From the human T2T-CHM13v2.0 reference genome, Homo sapiens: a DNA stretch of 64,000 bases. This document shows, in pieces, positions 43,779 through 62,679 of this stretch. How positions within the stretch are numbered: the first letter of the stretch is position 1; every line of letters starts with the position of its first letter. Below the pieces are notes generated by a model. The model was not told the origin of the DNA, did not search any database, and was given only the letters and a program-made list of their open reading frames with translations. The stretch is from assembly GCF_009914755.1 (NCBI RefSeq), contig NC_060935.1; one strand, written 5' to 3'. The position numbers and the translations under genes are program-made.

Positions 43779-46700
43779 GTTTGGGGCTGATGGCCTACTA
43801 CATAAATAGCTTAGAAGTTGCCATTCTGTTCTAACAACAAATAAAAAGCTAAACAAACTGAAAAATCAACAACTATTGTTAGATCCATCAGAGAAGTTAA
43901 GTTACAAGGCAAATCACTGTCCCCAAAATCAGTCAGATAGGTAGACACAAAGAATCACCAATTATCAGAGCAAAAACCAATGGGCAGATACCTCTTTGGG
44001 AACCAGTGCCAGGGTAGAAAAACCTGAACTATAACTGATGAATTGTTAGATGCTCAATGTGAAAAACTCTGACAGTCATGAACTCCAGAGGGAACAGTCA
44101 CAGGGCCGCCACGCTTTTGTGAGTTTTACTGCCTAAAGCTCTACGAGGCCTTCGTATTGAATATTAGAAGAAAATCTACTAGTGCTCTGGCAGGGAAGAG
44201 GAAAAGGAATCATTCTGAAGTAGGTTAGAGCATTCAGTGCTTCTTAATAAGGGCTTCTCTCAGGAGAAATTATTTTACCAGAGCCTAACCTGTCGGGGTT
44301 TTACCAGGGCCTAACATAACTGGGGAAAGGGAAATACCCAAGTCCAGACCCTCTAGCCATCCTGTCTCACCTAAAATTGGGGATAAGGGGGACAACAGAG
44401 AAGCACTGGTGAAATTTAGAATCCAGATAGACAAACTCACCAAAATACTGAAACCTAATCACAGGAATAAAGCATGCTTTCCTCCCCAATACCTTGCCAC
44501 TACATTACCAAAGATCTATTCAAAACAGCTCCTTTTATTCAGTTCATTATGTCATTTTAAATAAAAAATGACCAGGCATACTAAAAATTAAAAGAATACA
44601 GTATGAGGAGACTCAACAAGCATCAGAACCAGAGTCAAATACGGCAGAAATGTTTGAATTATGATTAGTATACTAAAGGCTTTAATGAAAAAACTAGACA
44701 ACTAGGCAAGGACAGACGAATAATGTAAGTAGAGAGATACATTCTAGGAAGGAATAAAAATGGAATGCTGGAGGTAATATAGTAAAGAAATGAAGAATAC
44801 TTTTGATTCTTACGTGGCTGAGAAAAGAATCCCTTAGTTTGAGGATACAATAATAGAAACTTCCAAATTGAAAAACAGAGAAAAAAAGACAAGACACAGA
44901 ACAAAATAACCAATAGAGAACATTTAAGAAATGTGAGACATCTACAAAGGTGTAACATAAGCATAACAGAAATTCCAGAAGGAGACAAAACAGAGAAAGA
45001 AACAGAAGCAATATTTGAGGCAATAATGACTGAAAATTTCACCCAAATTAATGTCAGACAACAAATCACAGATCCAGGAACCTCAGAGAACACCAAGCAG
45101 AATAAATGACAAAGCAAACAAACACACAAGCAAACAAAAAATCCTCCTACTCCCAATAACTGGCATCTAGGCATACCATATTCAAACTTCAGAAAATCAA
45201 GGATTTTTTTAAAGTCTTGAAAGAAGCTAGTGGGGGCAGGTGGGAGCCATATCTACGGAGGAGCAAAGATAAAAATTATATCTGAACCCCCCCAGAAACC
45301 ATGCAAACTGGAAGAGAGTGAAGTGAAATATTTAAAGTGTGGGGAGAAAAAGACCAAAGTAAAAATTTATAAAATTATCCTTCAAGAATGAAAAAGAAAA
45401 GACTTCCTCAGACAAACAAAAATTAAGGAAATGTTTCTGTCAGTAGACCTATCTTGAGAGAAATATTGCAGTAAGTACTTCGGAGAGAAGAAAAATCATA
45501 AAGGTCAGAAACATTGATCTACATAAAGAAAGAAAGAGCTCTGGAGAAAGAATATATGAAAATAAAACAAAATAAAAGTTTTATTTTTCTTAATCTAACA
45601 GATAACAGTTTGTTCAAAATAATAATAGGAATAATGCATATGATTATATATGTGCTTATATATACACATATATGTATGATCACTTATATATAATCATATA
45701 TATGCATGTCACTTATAATCATGTATGATTATATATAAGTGAAATGAATAATACAAGAAACTATGGCAGAATGGGGAATATTTTGTTATAAGACACTTGT
45801 ACTATTTGTGAAGTGGTGGAGTGTTATTTGAAAGTGAACTTGGATTGGTTGTAAATGTGTAGTGCAAATTCTATGGCAACCATTGAAAAAGTAAAAGAAG
45901 AAGTATAATTGATATATTAATAAAGAAAATAAATAATATAAAATGCCATTTAAAACGAAAAAAGGCAGAAAAAGTGTGGAAGACAAAAATAGGATGAAAG
46001 AACAAGAACAGTAATTAGAACAGTAATTAGAAAATGGTAACAGATATGGCAGATATTAATCCAAGTAGTAAATACATCAATAATCACTTTAAATATCAAT
46101 GGTATAAATACATCAATTCAAGAGCCAAGATTTTCAAAGTACATTAGATTAAAAAGCAAGACATGACTGTATGTTGTCTACAAGAAAAACACCTTAAATG
46201 TAAGGAGAACTATACATAAAAAGTAAATGAATGGAGAAAAATATATCATAATAACACTAATCAAAAGAAAGTGGGAGTAGCTATATTAATTCCAGGTGGA
46301 GCAGATATCAACGCAAGATAAATTATCAGAGATAAATAGAGGCATTACATAATAATAAAGTAGTCAATACTGGGAGAAGATGTAACAACCCTTAATATGT
46401 ATGGGCTGAACAACAGAGTGCCAAAATACATGGGGGTAAAAACCCATAGAATAGCAAGAAATAAATGAATCCACTATTATAGTTGGAGACTTGAACGCCC
46501 CTCTATCAAAAATGGATGGGCCTAGCAGGCACAAAATCAGTAAGGATATATTTGAACTCCATGGAACCATCACACAACTGATATCAAGCACATCCATAGA
46601 CTACTTCATTCAATGACAGCAGATTACACATTCTTCTCAAACTTACATGAAACAGTCATCAGGATAGACCAAATTCTAAGCCATAAAACAAATCTTAACA

Positions 46701-48045
46701 AGTTCAAAAGAATAGATACAATGTCTGTTCTTAACACCACAATATAATTAGACTAGAAATCAATAATGGAAAGACAGCTGGAAAATTATGAAGTACCTGG
46801 AGATTAAACACATGGGTAAAAGAAGAAATCTGAAGAGAAATTGGAAAGTATTTTGAACTAAATGAAATTGAATACATGATGTTTTATCCAGCCTGGGCAA
46901 CATAGGGAGACCCCAACTCCTAAAAAAAAAAAAAATTAGGCAGTCATGGTGGCTTGTGCCTGTGGTCCCAGCTACTTGAAAGGCTGACGCAGGAGGATCA
47001 CGTGCCCAGGAGGTTGAGGCTACAGTGAGCCCTGATCATGCTACTGCACTCAAGCCTGGGCAACAAAGTGAGACCCTGTCTCAAAAAAGAAAAAAAAAGA
47101 AAAAGAAAAAGAATAGCAAATAGAATGTATTAAAATTAATAAGCTTCAGTAAAAGCAGTGTTTAGAGGGAAATTCATAGCATCGAATGAATGTATATAAA
47201 TGAAGAAACATCTAAAATCAATAATCTAAGCTTCTACTTTAGAAAACTAGAAAAGGAAGGGCAAATTAAATCCAAAGTAAGCAGAAGAAAAGAAGTAAAA
47301 GTTAGAGAAGATCAAGAAAATTGAAAACAGAAAATCAGTATAGAAAATCAACAAAATATTGGCTATTTTTTGAAAAGATCAGTAAAATTGATAAGCCTCT
47401 AGCTAGGCTAATTAAGAAAAAAAATGACAAAATTGCTAATATTAGAAAAGAAACACAAAACATCACCACAGATTCCATGGTCATTAAAAGGATAATAAGA
47501 GAATATACTGAATAACTTTATGCTGGCAAATTTTATAACCAAGGTGAAATGAACTGTTTTCTTGAAAGACACCATGTACCACAACTCAAAGAAGATAAAA
47601 CAGACCATGTGAATAGGCTTATATCTATTGAAGAAATTGAATCAATAATTAATAACCTTCCCAAACAGAAAGAACCAGGCCCAGATGGGTTCAAAGGTGA
47701 ATCCTAACAATCATTTCATGAATAAATTACACCAATTATCTACAATCACTTCCAGAAAAGAGAAGCACAAAAAATACTTTCTAACTCATAAATACTTTCT
47801 AACTCATAAAATGTTCAAGAACAAAAGTGAACTATACTGTTAACTATGGACTTTGAGTGATAATGATGTGTCACTGTAAGTTCATCAGTTGTAACAAATT
47901 TACCACTCAGTTGTGGATGTCAATGCCCGTGTGAGCAAGGCCTGTGTGTGTGTTAGGTGGGGAGGAGGTATATGGGAACCCTTTGTACTTTCCATTTAGT
48001 TATGCTATGAACCTAAAACTGCTCTTAAAAAAGTTATTAATTAAA
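43779..48045 (+). mobile_element. L1MC/MD-like element nested in the older L1M, with a large internal deletion of ORF2
   Basis: 5' region, ORF1 and endonuclease-region remnants (attatagttggagacttgaacgcccctctatc; ccaggcccagatgggttc), then a jump at ~47810 to a 3' UTR (gttaactatggactttgagtgataatgatgtgtc); TSD-like aaatttgctagag / aaattcactagag. Confidence 0.75.
46888..47111 (+). mobile_element. 5'-truncated AluJ
   Basis: ccagcctgggcaacatagggagaccc...ggaggttgaggctacagtgagc. Confidence 0.92.
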
Positions 48046-48133
48046 AAAATTCACTAGAGCAGCTCAACAGTAGATTTGAGTTGACAAGAAAAAACATAAG
48101 TAAACTTGGAAATATATCAATAGAAATGTTTCT

Positions 48134-50380
<2,247 letters not shown>

Positions 50381-50399
50381 TATCAATGGAAATGTTTCT

Positions 50400-50910
50400 A
50401 AGGCAAGACTGCTAAAAACAAATTCAGTCTTTTGTTTATTTGGGATTGTCTTTGTTTCCCTTTTAATTTTAAAGGATTGTTTTTCTGGATCCAAAACTCT
50501 TCGTTATCAGTTCTTTTCTTTTAGCATTTTAGATATGTTATTCCAATTGCCTGTGGCCATGATTGTTTCTAATTAGAAGTCAGATGTTAAACTTATGTAG
50601 TTACCTTCTATATGACAAGTTGACTTCCTCTTGCTATTTCTAAGATTTTATCTTTGCCTTTCTCTTTTCAGCATTTGAATACTACATTTGTAGCTGTGGG
50701 TCACTTTGTGTTTATCCTGCTTAAAATTTGTTGAGCTTTTCAAATGTGTAAATGAATGTTTTTCATCAGGTTTTGGAAATTTGGGTCCTTTATATTTTCA
50801 AATAATTTTTCTACCCATTTCCTTTGTTATTTCTCTGTACTTCCACTATACATATATTAGTATGCATAATGTTGTCCCACAGGTTTCTGAAAATCTATTC
50901 ATTTTTCTTT
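50400..50910 (-). mobile_element. Inverted segment of the ancient L1M ORF1 region
   Basis: Reverse complement reads aagaaaaatgaatagattttcagaaacctgtgggacaac...gaatttgtttttagcag. Confidence 0.7.
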
Positions 50911-52889
50911 AAAAATGAATGCAAATATAAACCTAAGAGAGCTGGAGCGGCTATACTGATATTAGACAACTTAGAATTTAGGACAAAAAGAGTCTTCCTA
51001 AAGACAAAGTACATTTATAATACCAATTCAACAGAGAGAGAAAATAATTATTATTAATAGTAATACTATATAATAGGTATTCTATAAATATTTGTTAGAT
51101 TGAAGTTTGTCAGACCTAGATCTTTCAGGCTGGGCAAAATCCTAGGGGCATTATGAACCACCTCTAATACCCCACAGAGTTCTACGAATATTAGATAAGT
51201 TAGTATATGATCCGTCTCTGAACACTCCTCCTATCTAGATTGCCAGTTCGAGTTACAGGCTGCAAATATAATCAGAATGAATGAGAATGGATTTTTTGAA
51301 CAGTATATTTATATAATCAATTTGCCAAAATTATCAGCTTCAATAAACTACTAGTAGTATGTTAAACATTGTATTAAGGCTGGAAAATTATTTTTGAACC
51401 AGAAATAAATAAGCTTAGGTAAGTGAATGGTAGCTAAAAATTACCTGCTGGTAGCAAAGCTGTAAATATAATTACTAAAAATGTCCTTCTGAAAATATGT
51501 ATGCACCCCTCAGTTGTCCATCTCAACTGGCTTTTAATCTCACAACCAGAAAGAAGTATGGTAAGTGTTAAGGGCGTTAATAAAGTACACTTCACACTGA
51601 TGTTTAATGAGTTTGCCAAAATTCCCAGGCATAATTTTTAAGTATAAAATAAATTAAATATTATATCTTTATATAAATATATAAGTAAAGTATTATATAT
51701 AAATAGAAATTAAAATTGAGATGTAGACATTTCCAGCTGAAATAAAGTGAGAAGGTGATAGCATTATTTCTTACTAAAAATTGGTAATAACAGAGCTGGT
51801 ATATCTTTATTATATTCATTAATGTCATGATACTTTTCCAGATATCTAGACTTACAAAAGAAGGTAAATAAAATGTGGTTTCTACTTCAAGAGTATATAT
51901 TTAGTTGTAAAGGCTCTTGAAGGTGGTTTGTCAATTTTCTTTGAAATCAAAGGGCTTATAAAGATTCAGAGGTAGTGTACTTGTGTGGATTTTCTCCCTT
52001 GTCATCACAAAGAATAAAAGAAGCATCCCCCTTTTCTGAGTTAGAAATCAAACCTTACCAAGGACTGTTTCACCCAATTGCTGTTTTGAAATTTGGTCAT
52101 CTTAAAACCAAGAGAGAAAATTCATTTTACACACAAGAACCCATTTCTTCTTATGTCTACCTCCAAGAAAAATTTTATCTCAATGTTGCTAAGTATTCCT
52201 GGTATTGTCATCAGCAAAATCTGCTCATATGAACAGGATTTTAGGATAAAAAAAATAAAGACTGCTTTACACCTCTTGTCTGTTAAAGGTAATGATGGGT
52301 ATCTGGATGAGAGTTAGTGGTAAAGACCTTCAGGCTATGTAAAACCATTAATCAATAGAACAGGAATATTCCCTGGCTAATTTATCTGACTGCTTTAAAC
52401 ATAGGACTAAAAAATAGGAAGTGCTCAGCATAAGGGAAATTACCTTGGCAACGTGGCATATATTCTTTTGGAGAGAGCTGTAGAAAGACTCTAAAATGTA
52501 ACCACTACTGCCTGAAATCTTTGCAGAATGCCCACAGCTTTCAGCTTTTCCCAAAATCAAATAGGATACAATTATTGCTGCTGGTTTCCAGTCAACATTC
52601 AAATCCATTTAAAAGCAGATTCCTATAAAGTTGCCTCTATCCAAATATGCAAAGTGGTCTTATGAAAAATAACATTTATGACCCAAGATCCAGTTACTAG
52701 TTTTAGCAACCTTGAGGGAGCCACTTAGACTTCAAAATATAGTTATACGCTTTAGGTGTATATGTTTATATAGGGATATATGCAAAGAAAAGCATTTGAA
52801 TACTCAATATGCTTGTCCATCTAAAAATCTGAATTTTAGGAAACTAACAATTTGGAATTTATTTTTAACCTCTCAATTACAGTCACATT

Positions 52890-53090
52890 TTTAAGTAATA
52901 ACCATTAGTTTTCATGATTGCATCTCCAGATGCTCTCACATATATTATCTCACTATGAAGTAAGAATGATTTTATCTCCACTTTAAATATGAAGAAACTG
53001 AGGCTTAGAGAGGTTAAGCACATTGACCAAGTTCAGCTAATAAATGTATGGAGTTGAGCAAGCATTCTTGTTTTTTAACTCCTGGTTCCA
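52890..53090 (-). mobile_element. MIR
   Basis: atgaagaaactgaggcttagagaggttaagc. Confidence 0.75.
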
Positions 53091-53700
53091 GACTCTTTCA
53101 GAATCTTTGGGAACTTCAGTGAATTTTCCCAAGATTGCAAGAAAATTTCTTCCCACTGAGCTAATATTGGAGTGAAAAATAAAGACTTATTCCTTACAAA
53201 AACTGGCTTCAAAATTGCAAACCCAAAGCCACAGCTCTCCCTAAATATTCTCTTTTGCTCCTCCCACTTCTTCAACGGGAATGCTTTGGCAAAGACATGC
53301 TTATTCTTTTGCCAGATTATCCTTAAAGAAGCAGCCACTAAGCAAAAAGCCTGGACTCAGTGATTATTTATTTAAAAAAAAAGGGAGGACAGTCTGTAGC
53401 AAGGCTTGCCTGAGTATACCCTCAATAATCACCCAGAGCCTTCTTTTTGAAAGCCCTTTGAAGTGTCACTGATTTCTCTATTTCACTAGCAGAAAAGTTT
53501 CACCAAAGAGTAGTAAGCTATGCAATGAAGCCCATTAACTAATAAAATTTCCTTATTTGTTTATTTATTCATCTATTCAAATATGTTTTGGTCTACCAGG
53601 TTCTGGAAATATTGAATACTGCAGGTGCAAAGATGGTCAGTTCTAATTTTAGGACAATGGATGGATGGTTGATGCTAACGTCTTACTGCTTAAGCAGCTT

Positions 53701-54556
53701 TCAAGAATCTTGGGTAAATAACGAAATTAAGTCAGAAGTCAACAAGACATACATGCAGCCAACAAACATATGAATAAAAAGCTCAACATCACTGATCATT
53801 AGAGAAATCCAAGTCAAAACCACAATGAAATACCATCTCACACCTGTCAGAATGACTATTATTAAAAAGTGAAAACACAACAGATGCTGGCAATGTTGTG
53901 GAGAAAAAGGTACACTTTTACACTATTGGTGGGAGTGTAAATTAGTTTAATCACTGTGAATGTGTGATGAGCCCTCAAAGACCTAGAGGCAGAAATACCA
54001 TTTGGTCCAGCAATCCAATTACTGGGTATATACCCAAGGAATATAAATCATTCTATTATAAAGATACATGCAAGTGTGTGTTCACTACAACACTATTTAC
54101 AATAGCAAAGACAAGGAACCAGCCTAAATTCCCACCAGTGATAGACTGGATAAAGAAAATGTGGCACATATACACCATGGAATACTATGGAGCCATAAAA
54201 AGGAAAGAGATCATGTTCTTTGCAGGAACATGGATGAAGTTGGAAGTCATTATTCTCAACAAACTAATGCAGGAACAGAAAACCAAATACTACATGTTCT
54301 CATTTGTAAGTGGGAGCTGAATGATAAGAACACATGGATACATCATGGTGAAACAACACACACTGGGTCTTATCAGAGAGGCCTATGGGGGGAAGGAGGG
54401 CATCAGGAAGGATAGCTAATGGACACTGGGCTTAATACCTAGGTGATGGGATGATCTGTGCAACAAACCACCATGGCACACGTTTCCCTATGTAACAACT
54501 CTGCACATCCCGCACATGTAACCCAGAACTTAAAAATTAAAGGAGAAAAAAAAAAA
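53701..54556 (+). mobile_element. L1PA7/8-like 3' fragment inserted in an L2 (L2 at ~53550-53700 and 54557-54880)
   Basis: ORF2 C-terminus ([15 protein letters not shown]), 3' UTR and A-tail; short agctt TSD candidate. Confidence 0.92.
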
Positions 54557-57002
54557 AGCTTGGAGACTAGTGTGAAGGACAAACCGCACAGTAAGGTAAG
54601 TGTCAAGATAGAAAGATGGTAGTATGGGAGTCCATAGAAGACACATATAGCCCTGTTTGACTTAAAGGAAGTAGCCAGATAAAGGTCTTGCACAAGTGAT
54701 AATGCTTAGTCTAGAAAGTTAAGTAGTCAAAAAAAAAAAAGTGAATTGGAGAGAGAGTAAGTATACTCTAGAAGTTTATTTAGAATTCCAGATAAGTGGC
54801 TCAGCATACATAAAGACAGAAAGAAAAAGATATAAGCATCAAATGCACTCCTTGTACTACAAGGACTTTACTATGACTAGAAAAGGTTACAAAGTTTAAA
54901 TTTTGTATTTTCCAAATTGCATCCGATTTAATGAACCTCAAGGTTACAAAGTTGGATTTGGAACCAGAAAGCAAGTGAAAACACGCATTACTGGGTCTTT
55001 TTCCCCCTCTAGAATTGTTAGTGATGATGCCATGTGTTGAAAAGTCAAATCAAAGAAGAATAATTCTTGGAACTTATTATGTAAGTCATGTTGCATACAT
55101 AAGTTTGCTGAAGTTATTCAGAGTTGTACAATTTTCAGACATTTTAATGTTTTGAGAACATGAAAATTCCTTTTTCAGAAAATTGGCTAATATATACATT
55201 CAATGGAAATAGCAACTGCCTGGGCTGCTTCTGGAGGCCCACAGGCATTTCCTATTAGGAGATGCACAATCTGCAATGTTCTGGAGCTAAAAGGAAAGGG
55301 TAGTTAAGTGACCTTTTGGCCAACATTTCCTTCCAATCAAAATTACTTCCTTCCTCTTCCCTCACTCCCTTGTCAATTGGTAAGTTTCTCTCAAGATTTC
55401 AGAAAAATAGGAACAGCTATCGTAATAATCTAGTTGGATATACTAGTTTATTGATAAAGAGAAAAAATGAATGCTGGTCAATTAGTATTGCACACATCAA
55501 AATAAACACGTTCATTAAGTATGTACTGACCAAACTTTGATATTACTTTAAGGGAAGAATAAAGAACATCAGTTCAAAAAAATGGGTAAGAAGTTAAAAC
55601 TTTGTTCATTTAAATTGCAGTTTGGTTTGTGGTGTAGGAATCTGAAGACCTGGATCCTAGCCCTGACTCTACTGCCTACCAAATGTGCAATCTGGAGAAA
55701 GTCAGATTTTTTTATGTGGATTTCAGTTTCTCAATTTCTATATTCAGGTAACTGAGTTTTGATCTCCACTTTTTTTTAATGTATAAAACATTTATATCAG
55801 AAATTTTAATTTTAAGACCAAAGGAAAATTATTGTTCATGTGACTTTGCAAGATATGACTACACATAGAATTATTCAAATGGACTTAGTCTTTCCTTCCT
55901 GAGTCTACTGTATATGACTTTAACTGGCAATCAGAAAGAAAAATAATTTGTATATAGCTGCCTTTTAAAAGGAAAGAATGCCAGATTTGTGGACAAGATG
56001 ACTTTTATTACTCTTTCAAAAACTACATTAGAAACTGCAGTAGAACATTATTTCATTTGTTAAACAAACCTCGCCCAAACTTCCTCAAAGTTAAAAGAAC
56101 ACATATGTGGGAACTAGAAAAGCCTGGTTTGCAAATGAACTAATACAAATATCCAAAGTTAGAACTTTCTGAAATACCTTATCAAACCGTTTATGACACT
56201 TTCTTAAAGAAAAGTCTTAGCTGGAAAAAGCAGCTTACATTAAATAATTGTTTCAGGGATCCTGAAATAGATGGCAATTAACAGTTAATAAATAATCATT
56301 GACACCTGCATACAGTCTGTTACGCAAAGCCACAAAGTGGGTAGAGAAAGTGGAGTGGTAGGGAGAACTGTGGACATTTAGTTAAGCTTAACATTCTGTC
56401 AAACAACTGAAGAACAAACTGTAATTTGTGTATAGAATCTTCTGTTAAATCTGCTGCTGAAACTTAAAAAAAAAAAATGCTGAGCACGGAGTAACATTTT
56501 GGAATTTCCCCTGGCTATTCTTATCAACTAGCCCCATTTGTTATAAAAGTGGGTCATTCTAATAGCACTATACAGATTTGCTAGAACATAAATGAAAATT
56601 TTAAAGGACACATTAATCCAAAGAATTCCATTAAGATACTACTGCTGCACATGGGACAAGTAAGAAAACTAATGTGATACAGAAGATAAGGAAAAGAGGA
56701 CAAATATTCTCCACCCCAAGGTAAAAAATAAGGTAGATTATAAGGAGAAAATACTTTTAGTAAACAGGGGGTGGGTGAGTATATGACAGTTTCCTTCTAG
56801 ATAACTTTTGACAGTTGGCCTCCACATAATGGTAAGATAATTTGGGGTTTGCTAAGTAACAGCGACATCTAAAACATGTTCTGAGTAAAGTTAACAGCAT
56901 CTAATATCTGTTCTTTTAGAAAACTACATGCATGTAAAGAATATATGGGCCTTTTTATAATGAGATATTTTATTTTATGATCAGAAGAGATTGGCAAAGA
57001 AA

Positions 57003-57336
<334 letters not shown>

Positions 57337-58763
57337 TCAAATGTTTCTTATGAATTAAACTATATTGACATCTCAGAGGACTGCAAATGTAAACACTCCT
57401 AATCATGATGAATACAATACATATTCCTCTTTAGGTAATGTCAACTCTTTAGAAATTGGGGAGAGAAAGAACTATTCCCACATGAAATCATAATAAACTC
57501 TATATTAGAAACTACTCTATTGAAATGCCTGCTTTAAAATTAAAAAAAATTAGTGAATTTTATATTCATGGAATAGTGATTTTTATATCTGCTGAAGTGG
57601 CTAACAATGCATGTAGTTGATAGGTCAGTTAATCAATTAGAATTTATTGAGCACCTAAGGTCTTGGACAGCGGTACTGGGATATCTATTTGACATTATTA
57701 ATGGAATCCTAGACAGTCATTGTTGAATAATAATAAATGAGGACTACATCCCTGGCCCCGAACTCTGGCAGGAGCTTAGGAAGGGAACATTCACTACAAT
57801 CATGGATCTAGATAGTGATTCAGGGAGGCCAATTTTAAGGGAAAACAACCCAGCCACATCACCTGGTGTTAGACTGGACCTGAGATTCGAAGATATTAAA
57901 CTAACACATAAGCAGGACAGAGAGAAGATGCCTGGATGGGAAGTGTATGGTGATAATTAAAACAGGAACTCTGGACCCGACAGTAAGGGTTAAATGAGTC
58001 AAGATGTGAAAACAGTGCTTAGGAGAATGGCTGGCATATAATAAATAATGGAGAAGTGTTCATTGTTATTATACAGTGAATCATCCACCCTAAGAGCAAA
58101 GCTAATGCAACTAATTCTGTCTTCTATGGAATACTTCAAAATTATTTTCCACTTTTGATTAAACCTCATATTTGATTTTATTAGAATTTTACCTAAGAAA
58201 CATCACAGTTTGTTCTGGGTCCTATGCTGTACAGGGAATAGCCTACAGTCTGGTACAGGTCAAATTAAACTATCCTAACCAGTTCAGCTGAAATTATGGT
58301 CAAAACAACAATAATGTAGATGTTTCATAAGAAATATCATCCTTTGTTACACTGTGTCCCTACTGAAGCTTGTACAACTTTTGGATTTTTTATGAAGGCA
58401 CTGATCCAATTACTCTACCTTTGGGCAAGGGGTGTTGTTGTTTCACTTCCTCAAAATAAGAATCCTACATTACCACAGAATCATCAACACATAGAGGACT
58501 GCTGGCGTATGGAACATGCTCAGGAAATATTTGCTGAGTGGATTAATGGCCAAAGGACCACAGACTCAAAGATGGAAGAACCAGAGACAATATAATTCTT
58601 CATCCTATTTCACCTGCAAGGAAACGAAAAACTAATACAGGGTTGAAGCCAACTTAATCTGGATGGGGAATCAATCTTTCGATGATCATAATTAGGGTAA
58701 TGCTTCTCTTCCTCCTATACTCTATCCTTTCTCTTTTCCCTTCTCTCACTCTCTATGTCCTTT

Positions 58764-60017
<1,254 letters not shown>

Positions 60018-60089
60018 TTGCCTCTACTCTTCTCCGCCTACCCAATATTTCTCTGCCTCTCCTTTGGAATTGAGTCTTTCTGAAAGGGA

Positions 60090-60545
60090 GGTACTGTGCA
60101 CAAAGAGGTCCCATAGTTACACAATGCTAGGCTCAAACTCTAACCTTGCCACTTATATTAGTTCCTCAACAATTCTAAACCTCAGTGCCCTCATCTAGAA
60201 AATTGGGATAAAAATCCATACTGTGTAATTACGACAATTCTTGATAAATACATGTTTGCGCATATGTCACTTCCACACGAAACTTCTGCAGCAACCTCCC
60301 CAGTGTAAGCCAGGTTCTTCTGTTATATGCTCTTATGATGCCCTCCACTTTTCCTTGCAGCTTTTAACATAATTATAATAAATTATGTGTGTGTTTGTTT
60401 ATTTAATGTTGGTTTCTTCCATTAGATTATTAAGCTCTGTAAGTGCAAGGATCATGCCTGCTATATTTGCATTTATAATTCTAGGACATAGAACTCCTGA
60501 CACAACTGGACCAACAATGTATACATGTTGGATGAGGAAATAAAG
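60090..60545 (+). mobile_element. MIR followed by an L2 3' end
   Basis: cctcagtgccctcatctagaaaattggg; ccattagattattaagctctgtaagtgcaagga. Confidence 0.65.
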
Positions 60546-61312
60546 AAAACAAGTGCTTAACATAAAACCAACACCAAAATAAAATTATTTGTATGTAGAT
60601 CATTATTAAATCAATGAAATCAGGGAAAAGTTATAGAAGCCATCAAATATTTATTTCCAGTAATTTTTAAAAAATTTAACCCCAATTTCAAGAAAGACTT
60701 CATTCTTTTGAGTGCTTTTTATAATTTTTAACCCAGCATTAAATAAGTGTCGAGTTACTTTTATATCTCATCTGGAAGATAACTGTCATAAAACATGGTC
60801 CCCTTTGCTATCTGACTCAAGAGACAAGAAACAACTTACAATCAATGTCACAGGAACTCAACAGACAGAAAAGATTGAACTGGACTACCACAGATGGGTA
60901 TAGGGGTAAGAGAAAAAGAAATCAGGACATTCTAGGCAAGGAGAACTGTGTGAGAAAGTGTTGAGCGGCCAAAACAACTCTCAAAGAGAATGAAAGACAA
61001 TTAAAAAGCCAGTTTGTACTGTAAAAAGAAGAAATACTACTGAGGAATAATGGAGTATACTCCAGGGAATGAGATGCAGGGTATTATTTCCTAGTCAGTT
61101 TTCAGAAATAAAATTTTCTCCTGCTGCTAACAGGAAACTTGAAGAATTTTAAATAATTTAACTAACTGGTATTTTAGGAAGATTGACTTTCAGTATATGT
61201 GCCAGTATAATTTACCTTAAATTAAAAGAAAGTAGTTATTTCTATAATTTACATTTATTTATGTTTATAGAGTGTTTCCTAAAGAAACAAGGTTAGAAAT
61301 TAAAATAATGAT

Positions 61313-61712
<400 letters not shown>

Positions 61713-62679
61713 CTAAGCTATGACCCAAGGTATATTAAATATACAGGAGAAGTGAAGGTTGATTTCCAAATTATCTCTAGGTCCACATACCTAATATATT
61801 CATTTCCTTTGAATGGGTCCCTAATGACTCTTACATTATGCCATTTTTGAAAAGGAAGGCTCTATGATGTGTGAGGTGATCTATATATATAATCAAAATA
61901 TAAAACACAAATCATTCATGCACAAAATGATGATAGCATAGTTAAAACTCAATGAATTTGTATAGCCATTTTTAAAATTTGTTCTCCAGAAGTTAAGGAT
62001 CTTCTGTTATTCAATCCAGGACCAGGACAATGGAAAGAATGACATCATGATTCCCATGCCACCCAGGGAAACAAATCAAATACAAATCACTAAAAAAGCC
62101 TCCAAAGAGTCAAGACACAATTAAAATTTTTACAAAGGAAGGTGCCTAAGCAGAAGGTATTTGAATGCTATTGGACTTAAAAATGATGTTTGGGAATTTT
62201 AATAAAATGTTTCATATGAAAGGGAAAACAATCTAAATGTTGACAACAAAGCGTGGCACATTACTGACTAAAAAAAATTCTAAAGCTAAATTATGTCCCA
62301 GGTATTCACTCAATTAAGTAACTAGATAAACAGCTAATCCTAACACATACTGTGAGCCAAATAATTCTGGTCACGTTTTATAGGTCAGCCTAGAGTTTCT
62401 CAGATATTTTCACTAAAATACTTCTCAGGGGCTACAGAATAATTACATATGGGGATATAGGATTTAGAGGGATGGCTTCAGCGGCCCCACACCAAATTTA
62501 TTATCATTTCATACTTCATCTTTAAAAAGTATTTTTTTAAATATGTAATATTAAGATACTTTTCCCTCAAAACTCCACATAATGATCTAGGAAAGTCAGC
62601 CATACTTTTTCTGGGTTTGTGTACCTTCTTGGACAACTTCTGTATAAATACAGGTATAGATATTTTGCCTTGAAAACTA

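Noticed and set aside
44665-45174. 169-aa hydrophobic, Cys/Leu/Phe-rich ORF resembling a membrane protein
   Set aside because: It is the antisense of an A-rich L1 ORF1 remnant, a compositional artefact.
54883-54953. 14-bp direct repeat aaggttacaaagtt flanking 43 bp
   Set aside because: TSD-like, but the insert has no polyA or recognisable element. It cannot be distinguished from a local duplication.
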